A stretch of 41,212 nucleotides of DNA from positions 77,581 through 118,792 of the IMG/VR virus record IMGVR_UViG_3300012984_000013, one strand, 5' to 3'. This stretch comes from a virus. Taxonomy: Duplodnaviria > Heunggongvirae > Uroviricota > Caudoviricetes. A model generated the notes under the pieces. The model saw nothing but the letters and a program-made list of their open reading frames with translations, did not search any database and was not told the DNA's origin. Made by a program: the position numbers and the translations under genes. Below, piece by piece: positions 28,714-37,009 of this stretch (positions are counted from its first letter, which is position 1; each line of letters begins with the position of its first letter).

Positions 28714-28727
28714 GCCCCTTTCTTTTC
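28698..28727. terminator. bidirectional terminator at the convergence of the two gene blocks
   Basis: AAAGGGG-TTTAGG-CCCCTTT, with an A7 run on the left (T run on the - strand) and a T-rich run on the right. Confidence 0.7.
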
Positions 28728-29000
28728 TTTAGCTACACCACTAGATACTGCTCTAGCAAGCATTTCCTCTAGGAGGACTGAGCTTCTAGCTGCTTTAAGA
28801 ATGCGTTCAGCTTCTGGAGTATTAAGAATTGACCTCATAGTATTCAATAATACACCAAATTCACCTCCTGAAAGTTCAAAAGTTGCATCTGGTGCCCATT
28901 CCCAATCCTTTTTAGGATCATAAACTACTGGTTCAGGTGCTTTTTTAACTACTTTAGGTGTTTCATCAACAATAGGTTGTTCTTCTTTTACTATTTCCAT
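28710..29000 (-). CDS. hypothetical protein
   Basis: 96-aa ORF with its own promoter; stop overlaps the convergent stop. Confidence 0.8.
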   Translation of the reverse strand: MEIVKEEQPIVDETPKVVKKAPEPVVYDPKKDWEWAPDATFELSGGEFGVLLNTMRSILNTPEAERILKAARSSVLLEEMLARAVSSGVAKEKKGA

Positions 29001-29023
29001 ATTTAAATTGGTTTAATTTGATA

Positions 29024-29055
29024 CAAATATAAATGGAGTTTTTCAAATTTCCAAA
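29024..29055 (-). promoter_or_regulatory. Bacteroidota-type promoter for 28710-29000
   Basis: On the - strand: TTTG (29055-29052), 20-nt spacer, TATATTTG (29031-29024). Confidence 0.8.
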
Positions 29056-29327
29056 TTTATTGAAAAATTTATAACTGAAAGTGTCTTAATAGACTTACTA
29101 AAGTCTAATTTTAACTCAAATAAGTTACTAAATTTAGTGATCTCCTGTATAAGAGGATCTATATACTTAGGGACTGATGGCGCTATTCTGAATCTATATG
29201 CTCCTTTTTCCTTTGAAATCTGAAGAGAACATAGTTCATCCGTAGATTCTATAATAGAAATCAAATGAGCGATAAAAATATCCTCATTATCAGGAATAAT
29301 ATCAATTCCCTTCTTTAATACCTCCAT
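29043..29327 (-). CDS. hypothetical protein
   Basis: 94-aa ORF in the - strand run. Confidence 0.75.
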   Translation of the reverse strand: MEVLKKGIDIIPDNEDIFIAHLISIIESTDELCSLQISKEKGAYRFRIAPSVPKYIDPLIQEITKFSNLFELKLDFSKSIKTLSVINFSINLEI

Positions 29328-29336
29328 AGAAGGGTA

Positions 29337-29504
29337 TTAGGTGGTAGTAGTAGTTGTGGTTGTATCACAGCACTCATATGTCTGAATTTCAATCCACTTA
29401 CCATTCTTAGGTTTGCTTTTTCTAAGCACAAGTGATCCTGCAATCACTCTCCCTTGTCCGTCCATACGAACATAGGCTCTAAGTTCTTTTTTATTGTATG
29501 CCAT
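29337..29504 (-). CDS. 55-aa micro-protein with C-terminal Thr8 tail (not in ORF track)
   Basis: MAYNKKELRAYVRMDGQGRVIAGSLVLRKSKPKNGKWIEIQTYECCDTTTTTTTT. The Thr run uses mixed codons; ORF fits the gap exactly. Confidence 0.85.
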   Translation of the reverse strand: MAYNKKELRAYVRMDGQGRVIAGSLVLRKSKPKNGKWIEIQTYECCDTTTTTTTT

Positions 29505-29508
29505 ACTA

Positions 29509-30525
29509 TTAGGTTAATTGATGTTTTTTGTTTGTATTTAACATTTGTTTTATATATTCGTTATTACACAACGTTTTGTTTTTTTCATTATTTAGAAGGC
29601 CAAATAACTTGTTACCTTCAAAAGGATTAGTATTGTTATGATATAATCCCTTATAGAATACAGGGATATCTCCTTGATATTCTCCAGCTATACCTGCATT
29701 ATGGAGTATACTTACATTATCTAACTTTTCAATAGAATCACTACTCCAAGCAAATTTCATCTCTGGAACTATTTGAGTTTCTTGATTTCTACGCCATAAA
29801 CCCCATAAAACAGCCCACATATCTGAACACCAGGATTGAAATCCTTTATTTTCACTGCCAAAAAACTGTGTATTTATAGTCATTAAATATTGACGTATAA
29901 CTAAGCAGTCTTCAAAAACTTTATCCCAGAAAGCACCATCTATATTTTTAAGTAAATATTGTGCTCCACCTGAACTTTCCTCATTCTTTTCTGCTATCTC
30001 TCTGGAAATACCTGTCATCCAGGTAATTTCATTCAAAATGTCTCTTTTCTTATACTCCTCCAATCTTTCAGGAAGTACATCTTTGACTTTACTGTCAAAG
30101 TAAGAAGCTGATATATAACTCTTTGTATCAGACAAGTAGTTTATATCATCTTCTAGAAATTTATCTATATCTGGATATTTAGTAAATACTACATCAGCAT
30201 CACAATAGAAAATAGCCTTTTCTTTAAGTTCTGGATGTAAATGAAAGTATTTAGAGAGCACATAGGGTCTTAAAATAGGTATATATAGCCCTAAAAATCT
30301 ACTAATCCTATCTTCATCCCTTTGGAAAAAGAATTTAGATTCAGGATATAAATCTACTAATTGCTGCCACTGAGGATTAGGCTCTCTATCTGCTGGTGTA
30401 AATACTAAGGATATTGCTTTATCTGAACATCCTATCTGTTTTAAGCTTTCAAGCCATGTGTGTACTTGCCATAGATAGTAAAAATCGTCAGGTTGAGCAG
30501 AAATAAACAAAAGATCTCTCTTCAT
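29509..30525 (-). CDS. GT-A glycosyltransferase resembling peptide O-glycosyltransferases (GT95/GT96-like)
   Basis: YYLWQ, YIPILRP, DxD in YCDAD, SGGAQY, SWCSDMW and HNAG. Family assignment is from recalled motif order. Confidence 0.6.
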   Translation of the reverse strand: MKRDLLFISAQPDDFYYLWQVHTWLESLKQIGCSDKAISLVFTPADREPNPQWQQLVDLYPESKFFFQRDEDRISRFLGLYIPILRPYVLSKYFHLHPELKEKAIFYCDADVVFTKYPDIDKFLEDDINYLSDTKSYISASYFDSKVKDVLPERLEEYKKRDILNEITWMTGISREIAEKNEESSGGAQYLLKNIDGAFWDKVFEDCLVIRQYLMTINTQFFGSENKGFQSWCSDMWAVLWGLWRRNQETQIVPEMKFAWSSDSIEKLDNVSILHNAGIAGEYQGDIPVFYKGLYHNNTNPFEGNKLFGLLNNEKNKTLCNNEYIKQMLNTNKKHQLT

Positions 30526-30543
30526 ATAAATTTGGTTTTATTG

Positions 30544-31107
30544 TTAATTTAAAATTCCTTCTATGTGTTTCCAGGTTTTACCAAAAATGACATTTCTTAT
30601 TGTTTGTCTACTTTCTGAAAACTTATCACAAATATCGTTAATTTCATGTCCAGATTTATATAAATCTCTTATTTCTACCACTAAAAGATTATTTAATTTA
30701 GCTCTAGAGTTATTTTCTCCAGATCTATCTTTTTGTAAACCATTATTGTAAGCATGTAATTGATTCTGAGAATTAGTGCACCATTCTAAATTTTCAGCTC
30801 TATTGTCAGTTTTGATACCATTTTTATGATTTACTTGTGGTAGATTTAGTGGATTTGGAATAAAAGCCAGAGCCACAAGCCTATGGACTCTGTATATATT
30901 ACCACCCTCTAACCGTACTTGATAATAACCCTTTGTATTTTTACCAGGATTTAGATATTTACCCTTTTTAAGATATTTTCTTCCATCTTTTCTTAATAGA
31001 TATCTATCTAAACTTCTAATATTTCCTAGATTACTTATCTCATAACTATTTTCATAATTTTGAATAGGTATCCAGTTTTCCTGAATAAATACTAATTCTT
31101 TTTTCAT
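30544..31107 (-). mobile_element. free-standing NUMOD4-HNH homing endonuclease gene
   Basis: NUMOD4 (WIPIQNYENSYEISNLGNIRSL), HRLVALAFIPNP..LPQVNHKNGIKTDNRAENLEW, and a C-terminal HTH-like tail. Confidence 0.9.
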
Positions 31108-31124
31108 GTTGGTTTTATGTTATA

Positions 31125-31613
31125 TTATTGACCGAAATTCTTGGCCACAATATAGTAATTATTTCCTATTTTTTTTATTCCTATTATATATTTATCTCCT
31201 GATACACCAGATAATGTTAGTGTATTATCTCCAGAAGCCACTCCCTCACTTACGCAAAGTGAGGTTGCAGGAAATGTATATACAGCAGAAGCAGCACTTA
31301 AAGTTACTTCTAAAGTAATATCATCCCCTGTAAATGAGATTGTAAAAGTTCTTGTTGCAGAAGATGAACTTAACGTTTGCTTAGTAGCAGTTAAATCCAT
31401 AGTAGAAGCATCTACTAAAGCAACAGATGAGTTAACAGAGGGCTGTTTAGCATCTAAAGCTGATTGTAAATCAGTCTGATTGCTTAATGTGCCTGTAACT
31501 GTTCCCCACACAGCACTTGTTCCTATACTTGATATTAATCTTTCTAGATCTAACCATCCTTTAGATCCTTTAATTGATTTTTCCCAAAAACCTGTTTTTA
31601 TAAATACTGGCAT
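31125..31613 (-). CDS. putative virion fibre/decoration protein
   Basis: WGTVTGTLSNQTDLQSALDAK fibre-type motif followed by a Ser/Thr-rich beta domain. Confidence 0.6.
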   Translation of the reverse strand: MPVFIKTGFWEKSIKGSKGWLDLERLISSIGTSAVWGTVTGTLSNQTDLQSALDAKQPSVNSSVALVDASTMDLTATKQTLSSSSATRTFTISFTGDDITLEVTLSAASAVYTFPATSLCVSEGVASGDNTLTLSGVSGDKYIIGIKKIGNNYYIVAKNFGQ

Positions 31614-31617
31614 ATCT

Positions 31618-31743
31618 TTATGACGTTGTTGTTGTACTTGTAGTAGTAATTGAAGAACCCATTACTTGGGTCAATCTTCTTATTTTTTGTCTTATTTGAT
31701 ACAAAAGTTTAGCTTCTGTAGACCATCCTATTTCTTGTGGCAT
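31618..31743 (-). CDS. 41-aa micro-protein: IGWS module plus Ser/Thr tail (not in ORF track)
   Basis: MPQEIGWSTEAKLLYQIRQKIRRLTQVMGSSITTTSTTTTS. Fits the gap exactly; N-terminus paralogous to the 790-aa protein. Confidence 0.85.
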   Translation of the reverse strand: MPQEIGWSTEAKLLYQIRQKIRRLTQVMGSSITTTSTTTTS

Positions 31744-31744
31744 A

Positions 31745-33622
31745 TTACACTGGTGTAAAAGTTGTTACTGTTGATATTGTACCAGAAGCTGTTTTATTAT
31801 CTGAAGTTGTAATAGTTACAGTTTCATCAGTAGCTCCTGTTTTTAAATCTGGTGTAATTTGGTAACTATTAGCATCAACATCATATACTAAAGTAGCACT
31901 CCTAGTTTTTCCATTGTTGGCAGTTGTACCATTTCCAAGCATAACTGTAAATAGTCTTGTTTTAACCCATCCTCTTACAGTTAATGTACCTGATCTTGGT
32001 AATGAAGGTATATCTAAAGTTTTAGCGTATGGTAACCAGTATGGTTCTGCCTGAATTATGCCAGCAGATCCACTAGGATTATCATGTAACCATCTAGGTG
32101 AATCTCCTGTTGTAGTTACTGAATATAACAATTCAGTATTTGAAGCAGGACCGCCGTATTTACTAGAAGTTACAACTCTGGATAACCCATTATATTCATC
32201 TCTAACTCTACTAGATTGATCAATATCTACAGAAGTATCCTGATCATCATGGAATAAATGGAATCTACCTTTGAAATTTTTAGCGATAGCATCGACACTA
32301 TTTCTCATAAAATATTCATTTGTAAATGATGCTCTAGGACTACCTACATCAGTATCTAATTGTGTTCTTCTTGTAGGTTCTTCTGCATACCATGAGAAGG
32401 TATCATCATATCCATAATCTGACATACCAAAATGTGAACAAGCCACTGGGCATAAATCAGGAAATCTGGTAACAAATGACATAGTATTACCCCCTCCTCC
32501 TGAATATCCAGAAATAGCTACTCTATTGGTATCAATTATTCCCAATCCAGCGTATCTGGTTAAAAATCCTTGATATACATCATATATATCATATACTTCT
32601 TGTCCTCCAGAATCTCTGGTTCCTGCTGCAACCCTGCCTCTCATTGCTACACCTATTACAAAAAAACCTGCATTTGCAAATCTTGTATAAGCATCTGCAC
32701 CTAAAGCAGAGGGTAGATCACTGTATCCATGCATTATAATAAGTACAGGTAATGGAGTATTATAAGTATCCAAATAATTACCATATTCAAATATATCACC
32801 ATATAATGATGCTGTTCCTAGAGTAGCAGTTTTAGCATCTCCTGATTGTACAGTACCGGAGGTATATGTATATACTGGCATTGTTGTAGTTACACTTAAT
32901 CCCCATTTGCTATTAAGATAAGTATACATTTTCTTTTCTTCTAACTCAGTATGCCAATCTGAATATATAATAATAGATTTAATATAACCATCAAAACTAT
33001 TATTAGAACTATCGCTTCCTATATCAAATCCAGCGGAACAGCTTTGTAAAACTCTTGAATCACTATCTGCTAATTGTACAACATTATCAATCTTAAATAC
33101 ACATCTACTCATAAAACTAGTAGTAGCTGTACCTATAGATTGCCATTTAATCGTAAGAATATGATAATTAGAAGTATTTGTAAAAGCAAATGTCTTTTGA
33201 CCTGGACTTGTAGAATTTCTATTACTTACTTGAAATAAATTTGTACTAATGTTTACATCATATCCATTAGCAGTAGTAGCTACACCACCATTACCTATGA
33301 TCTTTTGAGTATTTGACGTTCCATTGGCTTTAAAAACAACATACATTGTATATGTCGTTATTCCTGTAACAGCAGGTGCTCTTAGTATCTCATTATTGGC
33401 TCTAGTAAATAAAATAGATTGACCACCCCCATCAGTTACCTGATTAGGAGTGTTTCTTGATGCTACTGTAGTTGCACCACTTCCTCCAAATTTATTAGTT
33501 AATCCTGTTACTTCTGTACCAGTACCCAAAGTTACATTATCAGCTTCAAACCAATAGACTTTATTATCCAATTGACTTGGAGAAAATACATTTGCACCAC
33601 TTAATAGTGTGAAAAAACTCAT
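31745..33622 (-). CDS. putative virion protein: LamG/concanavalin-like domain plus alpha/beta serine hydrolase
   Basis: N-terminal WFEAD...FDGYIKSIIIY lectin-like region; hydrolase IIMHGY, nucleophile elbow GYSGG (32495-32509) and FHDDQD. Confidence 0.65.
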   Translation of the reverse strand: MSFFTLLSGANVFSPSQLDNKVYWFEADNVTLGTGTEVTGLTNKFGGSGATTVASRNTPNQVTDGGGQSILFTRANNEILRAPAVTGITTYTMYVVFKANGTSNTQKIIGNGGVATTANGYDVNISTNLFQVSNRNSTSPGQKTFAFTNTSNYHILTIKWQSIGTATTSFMSRCVFKIDNVVQLADSDSRVLQSCSAGFDIGSDSSNNSFDGYIKSIIIYSDWHTELEEKKMYTYLNSKWGLSVTTTMPVYTYTSGTVQSGDAKTATLGTASLYGDIFEYGNYLDTYNTPLPVLIIMHGYSDLPSALGADAYTRFANAGFFVIGVAMRGRVAAGTRDSGGQEVYDIYDVYQGFLTRYAGLGIIDTNRVAISGYSGGGGNTMSFVTRFPDLCPVACSHFGMSDYGYDDTFSWYAEEPTRRTQLDTDVGSPRASFTNEYFMRNSVDAIAKNFKGRFHLFHDDQDTSVDIDQSSRVRDEYNGLSRVVTSSKYGGPASNTELLYSVTTTGDSPRWLHDNPSGSAGIIQAEPYWLPYAKTLDIPSLPRSGTLTVRGWVKTRLFTVMLGNGTTANNGKTRSATLVYDVDANSYQITPDLKTGATDETVTITTSDNKTASGTISTVTTFTPV

Positions 33623-34200
33623 TATTTTTCTGTTATAAGTACATCAATTGAAGCTCCATTAACATTAACTGTAGTATTTTGAAGAATAACAATTCCTAAA
33701 AGAGTACTTGTTTGTCTTTCTACCACAGTAACTGTGAATCCAGTTGTAGATATTGAATTTATTATTATAACCTGATTACTATTTCCACCTACTACTCTAG
33801 CCTGTATATTTGGAGCAACTGAGTATGAAGTTCCAAAAGTCACAGTATATATCCCACTGCTATTAGTGGTTCCAGAATAAGTTTCCTGTCTCTTCATTGA
33901 AGGGATAGTCGGTTTATTGGATAAATCATTATAACTACCGCTAGTAGCCACAGTGGCTAATCCTGGATTAAATTCTTGTAAAGGAGCTTTTATAAACCTT
34001 CCCACTCCCATTCCTGTGGCTGCTAATACATTTTCACCATCAGCGGTAAGAGATGAAAAAGCATCATAATAGTATACTCTTACGGGAGTATCTTTTAATA
34101 CTGTCTCACCTAATAGAATATAAGCTTGACCATCCGTTGCTCCATTATAGTTAATTAGATCGCTCTTATATTGAGCATTTAAATCATTTTTAAGTGCCAT
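33622..34200 (-). CDS. putative tail fibre/spike-associated protein
   Basis: YYYD..S..TADGENV...GRF tailspike-like N-terminus, LATVATSGSYNDLSNKP fibre motif, lectin-like C-terminus (TVTFGTSYSVAP). Confidence 0.6.
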   Translation of the reverse strand: MALKNDLNAQYKSDLINYNGATDGQAYILLGETVLKDTPVRVYYYDAFSSLTADGENVLAATGMGVGRFIKAPLQEFNPGLATVATSGSYNDLSNKPTIPSMKRQETYSGTTNSSGIYTVTFGTSYSVAPNIQARVVGGNSNQVIIINSISTTGFTVTVVERQTSTLLGIVILQNTTVNVNGASIDVLITEK

Positions 34201-34214
34201 TTTTTTATTTTTAA

Positions 34215-36587
34215 TTAATATTTAAATACAACTGCTCTAAAAGTACCAGAGGAAGGATCTCTACTCGTTACTAAATCAAGGTTACTAAATCTTACTGTCA
34301 CAGTATTAGCTGCACTAACCCATGCTGTATATATACTATTAGCGAAAGTAGAACCATTTGGAGGTGTTACAATAACACTATCTCCATCTGCTGCACCTGT
34401 AACAGTTATAGTTAAATCATTAGAACTACTTGCTCCCGTACTTGGGAAATCTAATGTAGCAGTAGCTGTTAAAGTTTTAGCTAGAGTATATCTAGTAGTA
34501 GACGATGTGACAAAGTAGTTAGTTCCATCGAATTCAACTGCACCAGCCTCTGGAGTTGTTAAGTTTGTACCAGAAGTTAATTTTAGAGGTGCTGTATTTG
34601 CAGTTGCTGTACCTGCTGCTATATGAATTTTAGCAGTAGGAGTACCTGTTCCGAATCCACTCATTGCTCCTGCTGGTCTAATTAGAAGACCATAGTGAGT
34701 TCCAGTAACACTGGTTACTGTAGGATTATAATCTATAGCAGTTAAGGTTCCTAATACAGATGTGTATGTTATATTTGTGAAATCTATAAGTTTTACTGCT
34801 CCAGATGAAGTTGATGTTTGGTTTAATGTCCATTTAAAATCCAACAACTCCATAGTTGCAGTACCTGATGTTGGTGCGAATGTATTACCCTCAAGGGCAA
34901 ATAGTTTTCTATCCCCAGAAGTTGAAGTTATAGAGGCATTATTTTTAATTCTCCATGCTGTACCACCACTATCTGGTGTTAAATTGTGCTGAAGTAAATA
35001 TTGGTTTGCTGTAGGTGAAGCTGTAGCATAAGTAGTATCATACTGTCCAAGAAACGCAGAAGAACCAAAAAACAAAGGTCCATCTGATCTAACTCTGAAA
35101 AGTAACGAGGTTCCACTATTCTCTAGATATATTGCGTTTGAGTTTGAATTTGTACTTCCTGATGTTAGATATAGAGCGTTCCCTGTTCCAGTTGATGGAC
35201 CTTCAATCCATAATGACATTGGACTAGTACCTGTAAATGCTCCTGGAGTTGCTGTCAATTTAACATGTCTACCAACTAATTTTTGGTTATTTCCACCAGC
35301 TACTACTGTAGGAGTTTCGTGTATAGCTACTGCATCATTTGTACCTGTAGAACTACCTGTTACACTATATGTGAATTTAGTAGCAGCATCTGATGATGCA
35401 GTAGATGTTGAACTACCTGTAAAAGTTAGACCATTTATAGTCGAACTTGTTATGGTTGATGCGGACACTAATGTGGTAGTGCCTGAAGTTAACCAAAAAG
35501 GAGCAGTTCCAGTAATTGCTGAACTAAAGTTAGTCCATGAAGGAGTTGCAAGCCAAGTAGCTACACCTGTACCTAATCCTGATAAATTGGTTGCAGAATA
35601 AGCACCCCAAGCAGGTGCTGCACCAGAGCCTGCTGATATTAAAGCATTTCCAGATGTACCTGCTCCTCCTGAAAAAGCAAATGCACCACCATCATTAATA
35701 GCAAATACATCTGTACCATTATCCTTAAATCTGACAATAGGGTCTGTTTGTGCACCGTTATCTGCTATCAAGGCTGCGGATTGTGTTGGGTTTGTTGTCC
35801 GGTTTAATGAGAACCAACCCCCTACATGAACGGGTGATGTGCCGGTATTTATTGCCGATCCAACTACCCCGATATTAGTTGCACTATTTTTTGGAAACTG
35901 TGCAATACCAACAAGTCCAGCAGACACATCACCGCCATTAGCAAATCCGAAAAAACCAGCATTTAAGCCAGCTACCGTTCCTGTAGAACCCGCATTAGCT
36001 CCAAAATTACCAACTGCCACATTAGATCCAGAAGCGGGAATTAAAGTATTCCCAGTTCCTAAAGCGAGATTATTAAAACCGCCAGCATATGTTGAGCTAG
36101 ACCCAGTATATCCTGCATTATATCTTGAATAAAACCCTATATTAGACTGAGAGGCAGATCCAGCAGATGTGACGTCTACCACCACTGCTATTTGAGAGCC
36201 TGTAGGTGAAGATGGTTGTGTTGCTGTAATATTTAAAGCTTGAGCTTGATCACCTAGAGTACCTCCTGTTATAACTTCCTTTCCTGCTAGAGTTAATGTA
36301 TTACTAGCAAATGTTAAATTTGCAGATCCACCAAAAGCCCCTGAGTTGTTGAATTGGACTTGAGTATTTGCACCTCCAGGAGTTCCACCTCCACCACTTG
36401 AATAAATAGGAATATTTAATACATTTCCTATTAATGTAGCAGCACCTGAAGTACCAGTTGTGGTTAATGATATAGAACCTCCACCACCTCCACCAGATAT
36501 AGAGGTTACTCCTATAAGTCTTTCTAAATCTTTTAAAATATCATAGAGAAGATTTTCCTCTACACTCCAGCCTATTTGTCTGTTCAT
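34215..36587 (-). CDS. putative tail fibre protein (Gly/Ser/Thr-rich)
   Basis: PGGANTQVQFNNSGAFGG and GTSGNALISAGSGAAPAW fibre motifs; N-terminal IGWS module; C-terminal LDFPS...VSAANTVTVRF. Confidence 0.7.
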   Translation of the reverse strand: MNRQIGWSVEENLLYDILKDLERLIGVTSISGGGGGGSISLTTTGTSGAATLIGNVLNIPIYSSGGGGTPGGANTQVQFNNSGAFGGSANLTFASNTLTLAGKEVITGGTLGDQAQALNITATQPSSPTGSQIAVVVDVTSAGSASQSNIGFYSRYNAGYTGSSSTYAGGFNNLALGTGNTLIPASGSNVAVGNFGANAGSTGTVAGLNAGFFGFANGGDVSAGLVGIAQFPKNSATNIGVVGSAINTGTSPVHVGGWFSLNRTTNPTQSAALIADNGAQTDPIVRFKDNGTDVFAINDGGAFAFSGGAGTSGNALISAGSGAAPAWGAYSATNLSGLGTGVATWLATPSWTNFSSAITGTAPFWLTSGTTTLVSASTITSSTINGLTFTGSSTSTASSDAATKFTYSVTGSSTGTNDAVAIHETPTVVAGGNNQKLVGRHVKLTATPGAFTGTSPMSLWIEGPSTGTGNALYLTSGSTNSNSNAIYLENSGTSLLFRVRSDGPLFFGSSAFLGQYDTTYATASPTANQYLLQHNLTPDSGGTAWRIKNNASITSTSGDRKLFALEGNTFAPTSGTATMELLDFKWTLNQTSTSSGAVKLIDFTNITYTSVLGTLTAIDYNPTVTSVTGTHYGLLIRPAGAMSGFGTGTPTAKIHIAAGTATANTAPLKLTSGTNLTTPEAGAVEFDGTNYFVTSSTTRYTLAKTLTATATLDFPSTGASSSNDLTITVTGAADGDSVIVTPPNGSTFANSIYTAWVSAANTVTVRFSNLDLVTSRDPSSGTFRAVVFKY

Positions 36588-36598
36588 ATTTTGTAATA

Positions 36599-37009
36599 TT
36601 AAAGAAGTAAAACAATAACTATACCTTCAACAGTACAGACTATAACTAATTTTACTATTTTCCTTCTATATTCTTTTTTAAGTTCTTTCTTTTCTTGTAA
36701 AAGTTCAGTGTTTCTATTAGAAACTAAGTCAATTTTTTCATTCTGTAATAGAATTACACCATCTTTAGCTTTAATTAAGGTATCTGCTGCTATTAATGCA
36801 GAGTCAGCCTTAACTGCCTTATTTTCAAGAGCTTTGATTACTTTTCGTGATTCATGAAGTTCTTTAATCTCATGAACCATTCTCCATAACCGCCATCTTT
36901 GTACTCCAACCTCCTTTGTACTATCTGGGATAATAGACTGTGAGAATGCTGTCCAACTCTGCATCAGTATAACGAACAGGAGGAGCACTTTTAATCTTTT
37001 TAAGTTCAT
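36599..37009 (-). CDS. signal-peptide/coiled-coil/C-terminal TM protein (spanin-like)
   Basis: Basic plus hydrophobic N-terminus ending AFS-Q, coiled coil, C-terminal hydrophobic stretch; overlaps the upstream gene. Confidence 0.5.
   Translation of the reverse strand: MNLKRLKVLLLFVILMQSWTAFSQSIIPDSTKEVGVQRWRLWRMVHEIKELHESRKVIKALENKAVKADSALIAADTLIKAKDGVILLQNEKIDLVSNRNTELLQEKKELKKEYRRKIVKLVIVCTVEGIVIVLLL

Noticed and set aside
29337-31650. TAG/TGT/GGT triplet runs as microsatellite or CRISPR-like repeats
   Set aside because: They are the antisense of mixed-codon poly-Thr tails; there is no repeat-spacer periodicity anywhere in the window.
31697-31712. Possible - strand promoter (TAAACTTTTG)
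   Set aside because: Does not match TAnnTTTG exactly, has no TTTG at the right spacing, and lies inside the 41-aa ORF.
31125-36587. DLERLI shared between the 162-aa protein and the 790-aa fibre N-termini
   Set aside because: Only six residues match and the flanks differ (GFWE vs IGWS modules); treated as likely coincidence.
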